The translations under genes were made by a program, and so were the position numbers. From positions 1-64,000 of the IMG/VR virus record IMGVR_UViG_3300031569_001508: a DNA stretch of 64,000 bases; one strand, given 5' to 3'. Shown here piece by piece: positions 38,916 to 46,550 of the stretch. The stretch's first letter is position 1; the number at the start of each line of letters is the position of its first letter. The notes below the pieces were generated by a model that worked only from the letters and a program-made list of their open reading frames with translations, searched no databases and was not told the origin of the DNA. The DNA is from a virus.

Positions 38916-38957
38916 AAGAATAATAGTGAATGAAAAACCACTTAAAAAAATTAACGG

Positions 38958-39743
38958 ATGCATAAGCAATTAAAAAGGGTTACAGACTACGAAAAAAACT
39001 TACCCATTGTAGAAATCTACACAGCAGTACAATCAGAAGGATCTAGAGCAGGCTATCCTACAGTAGTAATTAGAACAACAGGATGCACACATAGGTGTTA
39101 TTTTGGAGAAGGAGGATGGTGTGATTCATGGTATACAAGCATTCACCCTGAAAAAGGACATTTCAATTTTAATGATATAATTGCAATGTATAAAAAAAAT
39201 CCCCATATTAAAGAAATGATGCTAACTGGAGGTTCTCCTACTATGCATGCTGCTTTAGTAAATGAACTAACACACTTTGCACATGAAAATAATATATTTA
39301 TTACTATTGAAACTGAGGGAAGTCATTTTCTACCCACAGACTATCCTATTAATCTTTTATCTATTAGCCCTAAGTTTTCTAATTCTGTCCCAGTTGTAGG
39401 GGTTTTAACACCTCAAGGAGGAATTACTGATGAAAAGATGATAAAAACACATAATAGGCTTAGACTTAATTATGATGCAATTAAGCAATCTATTGCTTAT
39501 CACTCAGATTATCATATAAAACCTGTTTGGGATGGTAAAGATGAAAATGCTTTAGCTGAAATTATGGAATGTTTAAAGATACTTGATGTATCCCAAGATA
39601 AAGTTTGGTTTATGCCTGCAGGAGATTCAAGAGAATCTTTATTTAAATCTTATCCTGTATTATTTGATTGGGTTAGAGATAATGGTTATAGAATGACATG
39701 GAGACCTCATATTATCGCTTTTGAAGATAAAAGAGAAGTATAA
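38958..39743 (+). CDS. queE: 7-carboxy-7-deazaguanine synthase (radical SAM)
   Basis: VQSEG, RTTGCTHRC...WCDS, LTGGSP, IETEG, SISPK. Confidence 0.92.
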   Translation: MHKQLKRVTDYEKNLPIVEIYTAVQSEGSRAGYPTVVIRTTGCTHRCYFGEGGWCDSWYTSIHPEKGHFNFNDIIAMYKKNPHIKEMMLTGGSPTMHAALVNELTHFAHENNIFITIETEGSHFLPTDYPINLLSISPKFSNSVPVVGVLTPQGGITDEKMIKTHNRLRLNYDAIKQSIAYHSDYHIKPVWDGKDENALAEIMECLKILDVSQDKVWFMPAGDSRESLFKSYPVLFDWVRDNGYRMTWRPHIIAFEDKREV

Positions 39744-39877
39744 TGTCTAAAGAAGAAGCAATTGAGGTGCTAGAAGAAATAGCTGAAAATGTTAGCGTTT
39801 GTTGTGCTATAACGATGGAACCCGATGAAGTATTAGTATTAATTGATAAATTAAAAAAATATTTAGAAAATGAATAA
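39743..39877 (+). CDS. Small hypothetical protein (not in ORF track)
   Basis: MSKEEAIEVLEEIAENVSVCCAITMEPDEVLVLIDKLKKYLENE; TAATG coupling. Confidence 0.6.
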   Translation: MSKEEAIEVLEEIAENVSVCCAITMEPDEVLVLIDKLKKYLENE

Positions 39878-40241
39878 ATATATTTATGGAGCAAAATTAT
39901 TAAGAGTAGTAGACGGAGACACAGCTGATTGTATGATTGATTTAGGTTTTGATACTTGGGTAAAAGCAAGATTAAGATTTAAAGGTGTAGATACTTGGGA
40001 GAAAAGAACAAGAGATAAGGGTGAAAAAGTAAAAGGAATAGCAGCATCTGCTTTTACTACTAGTTATTTAGAAAAAAATGACGGTAATTTTACTATCCAA
40101 TCTTATGGGAAAGGAAAATATGGTAGAATATTAGCAGAAATTTTTATTGAAGGGGAAGAAAAATCATTAAATACACTATTAATAGAAAATGGACATGCTT
40201 ATGTTTATGATGGGGGTAAAAAACAAATATTTAAAGGATAA
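39870..40241 (+). CDS. Staphylococcal nuclease (thermonuclease) homologue
   Basis: RVVDGDT, RLRFKGVDTWE, GKYGRILA, LIENGHAYVY. Confidence 0.88.
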   Translation: MNKYIYGAKLLRVVDGDTADCMIDLGFDTWVKARLRFKGVDTWEKRTRDKGEKVKGIAASAFTTSYLEKNDGNFTIQSYGKGKYGRILAEIFIEGEEKSLNTLLIENGHAYVYDGGKKQIFKG

Positions 40242-40244
40242 ATA

Positions 40245-40676
40245 ATGTTACAAATAGGAAATAAATCCTTCCTTAGTTGGGATGATGTAGAAGTTTTAGT
40301 AAAAAAGTTATGTAATAAAATTACACAATCGAACTTAGATATAAAGTATATTTGGGGTCTTCCAAGAGGAGGATTAATTCCAGCAGTTATGGTTTCACAC
40401 AAATTAGGGATTCCAATGACTAAAGGTACAATAACTCCCGATACTCTAATTATAGATGATATATGTGATAGTGGTGTTACATTAGCAAATTTCTATAAAA
40501 CCTATCAAGACGAATTTGCATTTCCGTTTGATTTAAAAACAGCAGTTTTACACTATAAACCCCAAACATCAGTTTTTGAACCAACTCTATTTGCTAATCA
40601 ATGGAGTAGTAACAACTGGATTATTTATCCTTGGGAAAGAAAAGACTCAAAGTCTATTCAAGACTATAAAATATAG
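40245..40676 (+). CDS. Purine phosphoribosyltransferase (Gpt-like type I PRTase)
   Basis: GLPRGGLIPA; PRPP-binding LIIDDICDSGVT; WIIYPWE. Confidence 0.9.
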   Translation: MLQIGNKSFLSWDDVEVLVKKLCNKITQSNLDIKYIWGLPRGGLIPAVMVSHKLGIPMTKGTITPDTLIIDDICDSGVTLANFYKTYQDEFAFPFDLKTAVLHYKPQTSVFEPTLFANQWSSNNWIIYPWERKDSKSIQDYKI

Positions 40677-40677
40677 T

Positions 40678-40706
40678 TTGGAATTCCACTAAATTATTCG
40701 TATATT
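40678..40706 (+). promoter_or_regulatory. Early promoter TTGG-N18-GTATATT
   Basis: Upstream of folE. Confidence 0.8.
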
Positions 40707-40727
40707 ATATCAAATAAAAAATTAATA

Positions 40728-41426
40728 ATGGCAGAAAACAAACGAAGAAAAATTCACGAGGAATTAGAAGTAGTACAAGAAGGTTTTGCTAATGGTGTTG
40801 CACCTGGTTTTCCTTTAAAACAGTCTGAAAAAGATAAAATGATTATTCAAGCAGAAAAGGCATATGGTCAATTTTTAGATGCTTTAAAATGTGATTGGAG
40901 AAATGATCCAAATTCAATGGAAACACCTCGTCGAGTAGCTAAAGCATATGTAAACGATTTATGGGCTGGCAGATACACTGCAATGTCTCCAATAACATCA
41001 TTTCCTTCAGATGGCTATGATGGAATTATTATAGAACGTAATATACCTTTAACTTCAATGTGTTCCCATCACCACCAAACAATAGGGGGTGTAGTTCATA
41101 TTGGTTATATAGCTGGAGATAATGGCCAAGTAATTGGTTTATCTAAATTAAATAGAATTGTAGAATTGTTTGGTAGAAGAGGTGCTATTCAAGAACAACT
41201 CACATCAGCAATACATAATGCTGTAAATAAAGTAACTGAAGGTAATAAAGGTGTTATTATTACTATAGTTGCAGGACATAATTGTGTAAGTTGTAGAGGT
41301 GTAAAACATCAAGGAGCTGCTATGGTAACAACAAAGGCATCAGGTGTATTTAGAGAAAATGATAATTTAGCAAGAAAAGAATTTTTTGACAGTCTAAAGA
41401 TTAATAACGGAGGACATAATATTTAA
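40728..41426 (+). CDS. folE: GTP cyclohydrolase I
   Basis: ETPRRVAK, SMCSHHH, GLSKLNRIV, QEQLT, HNCVSCRGV. Confidence 0.95.
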   Translation: MAENKRRKIHEELEVVQEGFANGVAPGFPLKQSEKDKMIIQAEKAYGQFLDALKCDWRNDPNSMETPRRVAKAYVNDLWAGRYTAMSPITSFPSDGYDGIIIERNIPLTSMCSHHHQTIGGVVHIGYIAGDNGQVIGLSKLNRIVELFGRRGAIQEQLTSAIHNAVNKVTEGNKGVIITIVAGHNCVSCRGVKHQGAAMVTTKASGVFRENDNLARKEFFDSLKINNGGHNI

Positions 41427-41439
41427 ATAAATAAAAGTT

Positions 41440-41937
41440 ATGAATAAAAATAATGTACCATTTGTAAATGAAGTAGAGGAATTTAATTCCACTATGGGTA
41501 AACCTAATAATTATGAACCTACAATTCCCGAAAAAAAAGAATGGCAGTTTGTATACGATTTTATCCTTGAAGAACTTGAAGAATATAAAGAAGCTTGCGA
41601 AAGAGGAGATATCGTGGAAGTTTTGGATGCTCTTTGTGATATTACTTATGTTTCCCTTGGGAACGGTGCTATGTTACATGGTCTTAAGGATAAGGTATGG
41701 CCAGCCTATCAAGAAGTACAAGGTTCGAATATGTCAAAGGCTTGCATTAACGAAGAAGAAGCACAAGCGACAGTTAAAGTCCGTTCCAAAGAACAAGATG
41801 AACCGTGTCACTATGAAAAGGTTGGTAAATATTATATTGTCTATAGAACACGTGATAAAAAAGTAATGAAAAATGTTAATTATTATAGACCAAATTTATC
41901 ACAATTTTTTACTAAAGAAGAATTAAAGAATGTATAA
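41440..41937 (+). CDS. All-alpha NTP pyrophosphohydrolase (MazG-like)
   Basis: EELEEY...EVLDALCDITYV...EVQGSNMSK. Confidence 0.85.
   Translation: MNKNNVPFVNEVEEFNSTMGKPNNYEPTIPEKKEWQFVYDFILEELEEYKEACERGDIVEVLDALCDITYVSLGNGAMLHGLKDKVWPAYQEVQGSNMSKACINEEEAQATVKVRSKEQDEPCHYEKVGKYYIVYRTRDKKVMKNVNYYRPNLSQFFTKEELKNV
41513..41866 (+). CDS. Candidate overprinted (+1 frame) basic membrane protein within the MazG-like gene
   Basis: 117-aa open frame with TM segment WKFWMLFVILLMFPLGTVLCYMVL; host-gene codons avoid +1 stops. Confidence 0.45.
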   Translation: MNLQFPKKKNGSLYTILSLKNLKNIKKLAKEEISWKFWMLFVILLMFPLGTVLCYMVLRIRYGQPIKKYKVRICQRLALTKKKHKRQLKSVPKNKMNRVTMKRLVNIILSIEHVIKK

Positions 41938-43612
41938 AAAGGCATTTGCACGACGTCTTAAAGATAATAAATTTTTAATTCATTTATGGGAAGATAGTGG
42001 CTATTCTAAAGTAGAATGGGATAATAAAGCTTACATAGAATGTCATGAAGCCGATGCTCAATATACTGGGTTAAATGGTGAACCTCTAAAAAAGATATCT
42101 AATTGGAGGTCTGATAATTCAAAATTGCATTTTCATGATATGCCTGCTTATCAAAAGTTTTTAGTAGAAAAATATGGTGTTAATGATGAACCCTCTACAA
42201 CACATAGAGAAGTATTTTTTGATATTGAAACCGAAATGGGGGATGCTCTTACTGAAGAGTATATTAAATCTGCTCCTAAAAAAGTAACATCAATTGCTTG
42301 GTATGATAAACAGGTAGACTTATGGGGTATTGTGATTCTTGATCCTAAGGGTCAACTAGAACATACTAAAGCTAAAAATAAAGAAATTATACCTTGTAAG
42401 ACAGAAGGGGAGTTATTAGCAAAATTTTTAGAATTATTTAGAGAAATAGACCCAGATATAATTGTAGGGTGGAATAGTGATTATTTTGATGTTCCATATC
42501 TATACTATAGAATGTGTAATGTGTTAGGGGAAGAGTTTGCTAAACATTTATCTCCTATAGGGTATGTAAGAGAAACACCTTGGTTTAAGGACCAATACAT
42601 ACAAATATGTGGTGTTGAGTCTTTAGATTATATGCGTTTACATAAAAAGTTTAGTTGGGCAGATGAACCTTCAATGAGGTTAGACGCTATTGGGGAGAAA
42701 TATGTTGGTATGAATAAGATAGAATATGAGGGTAATCTTGATGCTTTATTTGAAACTGACATACATAAATTCATTAAATATAACTTTGTTGATGTTGAAA
42801 TATTAAAAAAGTTAGATGAAAAATTGGATTATTTAGCACTTGTTAAAAATCTATCTCATAAAGGAAAACATAACTATAGTGAAGTATATGCTAATACTAA
42901 AACCCAAGATGGAGCAATTTCCGCTTACTTATTAAGTAAAAATATAATTCCACCTGCTAAAGATAGAAACCCAATGTCTAAAAAAGGATATGCTGGTGGT
43001 TATTTATTTTGCCCTAAAGCAGGAATTTATAATTATGTGTTTGATGAAGATTTAACTTCACTATATCCATCAATTATAATGACTATTAATATTGGTAAAG
43101 AAACTATGGTTGGTAGAATTATAGATGCTGATGACAGAAATAATCGTTTAGGATTAAATGATTTAAAGTGTAGAGATTACGCAGAAGAAGTTATTGTTGA
43201 AAATATTAAAAGGAATAGAACTAAAGTTAGTATAGGTAGAATAGTTAAAATGATAGAAGGAAATAATTTATCAGTTTCAGCAAATGGTGTCATGTTTAAC
43301 ACAGATCGTGAATCAGTACTTTCTACAATATTAAAAAAGTGGTTTGACGAAAGGGTTTTATATAAAAATAAAATGCAAAAAGCATTTAAATCAGGTAATA
43401 AAGAGTTAGGTGTTGCTTACCATATGAAACAATATACTATGAAGATTCTACTTAATTCGTTATATGGCGCTACAGCATTGGGCTCATTCCGTTATGGGAA
43501 TGTTATATTATCTGAAGCTATAACGCTTAGTGGACAGCGTATAATACAAGAATCTGCACTAACAGCAAATACTCATATGAATAAAGTTATAAGAGAAGAA
43601 ATTACATTATGA
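41930..43612 (+). CDS. DNA polymerase family B, N-terminal part (exonuclease plus motifs A and B)
   Basis: FFDIET, GWNSDYFDVPY, YNFVDV, DLTSLYPSI, KILLNSLYG. Confidence 0.92.
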   Translation: MYKKAFARRLKDNKFLIHLWEDSGYSKVEWDNKAYIECHEADAQYTGLNGEPLKKISNWRSDNSKLHFHDMPAYQKFLVEKYGVNDEPSTTHREVFFDIETEMGDALTEEYIKSAPKKVTSIAWYDKQVDLWGIVILDPKGQLEHTKAKNKEIIPCKTEGELLAKFLELFREIDPDIIVGWNSDYFDVPYLYYRMCNVLGEEFAKHLSPIGYVRETPWFKDQYIQICGVESLDYMRLHKKFSWADEPSMRLDAIGEKYVGMNKIEYEGNLDALFETDIHKFIKYNFVDVEILKKLDEKLDYLALVKNLSHKGKHNYSEVYANTKTQDGAISAYLLSKNIIPPAKDRNPMSKKGYAGGYLFCPKAGIYNYVFDEDLTSLYPSIIMTINIGKETMVGRIIDADDRNNRLGLNDLKCRDYAEEVIVENIKRNRTKVSIGRIVKMIEGNNLSVSANGVMFNTDRESVLSTILKKWFDERVLYKNKMQKAFKSGNKELGVAYHMKQYTMKILLNSLYGATALGSFRYGNVILSEAITLSGQRIIQESALTANTHMNKVIREEITL

Positions 43613-44541
43613 AACATTTAGAAGATACTCCTTGGTGGATTTGTGATCCTGATGATAATAATTATGTAGCATATTCTGACACAGATTCTATTTACATCCA
43701 TGCTGAACCTTTACTTAGACATTTATACCCATCATTTGATGAAATGCCTAGTGAAGAAAAAGATGATAAATTAGAAGAAATTGCTTTAAAATATCAAGAT
43801 ATTATAACAGATTCTTATAGTTCTTTAGCTATGGATTGTTTTAACGCTAAGGGAAAACACAGGTTAGAAATGAAAACAGAATGTGTTATTAGATCAGCTT
43901 ATTTTAGAGCTACAAGGCGTTATGCTCAATGGATTACTAAACAAGAAGGCATAACAAAGGAAACATTAGATGTTAAAGGGCTAGAATTTAAAAAGGCAAA
44001 TTTTCCTCCAGTGTTAGGTGATTTTTTTAGAAAAGCATTAATTGATGTTTTAAAAGGAGCGGAACAAAGTGAAATAGATGGTAGACTAAAATTATTTAAA
44101 ACACAGATTCTAGATGGGACTATACCTTTAACTAAGTTAGGGAACCCAACATCCGTAAAAAAATTAAATAAATACACAGAACGTAAAGCTAGAGCTGGAG
44201 AAATGTTTTCAATTATGGCTAAAGGAGCACCTGCAGCTGTTAAAGCAACTGTAGTTTATAATGATTTATTAAAATTTTGGGGTTTACATAAAGAACATAA
44301 TTATATAACCCAAGGTAGTAAAGTAAAATGGATATATATGAGGCCAAACCCTTACCAAATTGATGCTATTGCTTTTTTAGATTATGATTTACCAGATAAA
44401 ATTCGTATATTCATTGAGCAATATGCAGATAGAAAGAAAATATTCGAGTCCATATTATTAAATAAATTAGAGGGATTTTATAATGATTTAGGGTGGACAC
44501 TAAATTTAAACCCCTACCAACAAATGTTTTTCAATATATGA
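43609..44541 (+). CDS. DNA polymerase family B, C-terminal part (motif C and thumb)
   Basis: YSDTDSIY, RRYA, KGLE; ATGA overlap with the upstream half. Confidence 0.9.
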   Translation: MKHLEDTPWWICDPDDNNYVAYSDTDSIYIHAEPLLRHLYPSFDEMPSEEKDDKLEEIALKYQDIITDSYSSLAMDCFNAKGKHRLEMKTECVIRSAYFRATRRYAQWITKQEGITKETLDVKGLEFKKANFPPVLGDFFRKALIDVLKGAEQSEIDGRLKLFKTQILDGTIPLTKLGNPTSVKKLNKYTERKARAGEMFSIMAKGAPAAVKATVVYNDLLKFWGLHKEHNYITQGSKVKWIYMRPNPYQIDAIAFLDYDLPDKIRIFIEQYADRKKIFESILLNKLEGFYNDLGWTLNLNPYQQMFFNI

Positions 44542-45272
44542 TAAATAAAGCAAAGCTACAATCAGTAATTAACAAATATTATTTAAATGTTAATGAAGCC
44601 GTAAAATGGGTTGTTGAAGATAATAAACTTCAAATTGATTTTATGTCACCAACTAAAGACATTATAGGAAAGTTAACCTGTAATGATTTTCAATTAGAAG
44701 ATAGTACTCTTGCTATTTATGATACTAAAAAATTAAATAGTTTAGTTAGTATATGTAATGGAGACTTACTTTTAGAGTTAGAAAAAACTAATAAAATATA
44801 CACAAAATTAAAAATATCAGACCTAAATTTTAATTTAACTTATGCCTTATCTGATGCATTATTAATTGGTAAAGTAGGAACGATAAATATGCCTGAATTT
44901 GTAGTTAAATTAAATCTAACTACTGAAGATATTGAAAATCTTATTAAAGCAAAAAGTGCATTATCTCAAGTAGATAATATGTTAATAACAACTACTACTA
45001 ATTTAGATGGAGAGAATGTTTGTGAGTTTATATTTGGTGATGAATCTGGACATAATAATAAAATTACATATCAAATATTAGGTGATATTACAGAACAAGA
45101 TTTAAAAATACCATTTAATTCAGATACATTTAAAACTATACTTCATGCTAATAAGGATATGGAAGAAGGAACATTAAATATTAGTAGTATGGGATTAATT
45201 GAAATGAAATTTAAAACAGATACAATTTCTTCAGAATATTTTATGGTAAGAAAAGCAGAAACTGACTTTTAA
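44538..45272 (+). CDS. Sliding clamp (gp45-like)
   Basis: About 245 aa after polB, LAIYDTKKL; ATG at 44538 in an ATGA overlap (track start 44493). Confidence 0.7.
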   Translation: MINKAKLQSVINKYYLNVNEAVKWVVEDNKLQIDFMSPTKDIIGKLTCNDFQLEDSTLAIYDTKKLNSLVSICNGDLLLELEKTNKIYTKLKISDLNFNLTYALSDALLIGKVGTINMPEFVVKLNLTTEDIENLIKAKSALSQVDNMLITTTTNLDGENVCEFIFGDESGHNNKITYQILGDITEQDLKIPFNSDTFKTILHANKDMEEGTLNISSMGLIEMKFKTDTISSEYFMVRKAETDF

Positions 45273-45364
45273 TATATGTATTAGAGAATAAACTGACCTA
45301 AGGGCGTAAGTTATTTATTTTATTATTAACCGCTGATCTAACGACAGCACAAAAACAAAGTGAT

Positions 45365-45784
45365 ATGAGTACACATTTTTTAGAGAGATTTTACAATCCG
45401 TATGATCTATTATTTCGCAACCTGTTTGAATCAGGAGCAACATTTACACCGGCTGGAGAAGCCAAACAACAATATCCAATTAACATTTTTGAAGATGATC
45501 TAGGTCTAACTTTTGAGTTAGCTTGCACTGGCATTCCTAAAGAAGCCATTGAAGTTAAATTAGAAGGAGATATGATCACCTTTTCTTATGATAAGGACAA
45601 AACCCCCGACCCCGAAAGAAGTTATATTCATAGAGGGATTGCAAAACGTTCTTTTAATTTAGCTTATAAATTAGGAACTAAATTTACACCAAATAAAGCA
45701 ACAGCTAATTTTAATGATGGTTTGTTAATAGTAACAGTACCATTTGCAAAAGAAGCAGCATCAAAAGTTATAAAAATTAATTAA
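45365..45784 (+). CDS. Small heat-shock protein Hsp20
   Basis: YPINI, ELACTGI, YIHRGIAKRSF, ANFNDGLL. Confidence 0.92.
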   Translation: MSTHFLERFYNPYDLLFRNLFESGATFTPAGEAKQQYPINIFEDDLGLTFELACTGIPKEAIEVKLEGDMITFSYDKDKTPDPERSYIHRGIAKRSFNLAYKLGTKFTPNKATANFNDGLLIVTVPFAKEAASKVIKIN

Positions 45785-45811
45785 AGTCTTAACCTAAGTT
45801 CGCCCTTTAGG

Positions 45812-45840
45812 TTGGATTATTAATATATTTTTCGTATATT
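45812..45840 (+). promoter_or_regulatory. Early promoter TTGG-N18-GTATATT for the groES/groEL operon
   Basis: ttggattattaatatatttttcgtatatt. Confidence 0.78.
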
Positions 45841-45861
45841 AACGTAAATAAAAAAAGTTAT

Positions 45862-46161
45862 ATGACTACAAAAATCAAAGACCCAAAAATGGATCCCTAT
45901 TATATAGGAAAAGACACATACTGTTATACAGTATATGAAATTGTAACACCTCAAGCAAAATATTTGGAAGAAGGTAGTGAAGGTAAAGATTATGAAAAAC
46001 CACAAGCACATTTTTCTAATTTCGGATCGGCTCTTCAATGCGTTGCTAAACTTAAACTAAACAACTCACAAACCCAATATAATAGTATAAAAGAATATAT
46101 TGAAAAGTGGGAATTATTAATGGTTGAATTAAAAGAACTACAAAATTATAAAGGATTATGA
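45862..46161 (+). CDS. Hypothetical protein
   Basis: 99 aa, AAAAGTTATATG leader. Confidence 0.7.
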   Translation: MTTKIKDPKMDPYYIGKDTYCYTVYEIVTPQAKYLEEGSEGKDYEKPQAHFSNFGSALQCVAKLKLNNSQTQYNSIKEYIEKWELLMVELKELQNYKGL

Positions 46162-46550
46162 ATTTAGAAGCATTATTTAACGCAGTTATTGTAAAACCTC
46201 TAGAAGTAGAAGAGGAGACGTATGGATCAATTGTTGTACCAGATATTGGTAAAGATAAAAACGAGCATGGTGAAGTAGTAGCAGTAGGGCCAGGTTCAAA
46301 TACACATATGGGGCATTTTATCCCAGCTGTAATTGAAGTAGGTGATATTGTTGTACTACCTACTCAAGGTTTTACTAAATTAGAACATGAAGGGGAGGAG
46401 TTTTATATCGGACCTGAAAATCAAGTATTAGCTAGAGTAAAAAGAGAAGTTAATGTTAAGGATGTTTTATCTAAAACAGAGCCTTTAAATAAAGAACACT
46501 TAATAAGTGAAGAAGAATTAAATAAATTAGAAAATAAAAACCATGAGTAA
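46158..46550 (+). CDS. groES: Co-chaperonin GroES with C-terminal extension
   Basis: GSIVVPD, GEVVAVGPG, VGDIV. Confidence 0.88.
   Translation: MNLEALFNAVIVKPLEVEEETYGSIVVPDIGKDKNEHGEVVAVGPGSNTHMGHFIPAVIEVGDIVVLPTQGFTKLEHEGEEFYIGPENQVLARVKREVNVKDVLSKTEPLNKEHLISEEELNKLENKNHE

Noticed and set aside
43560-43700. Intron or intein at the polB split
   Set aside because: No intervening sequence and no intein terminal residues; the ORFs simply overlap by ATGA.
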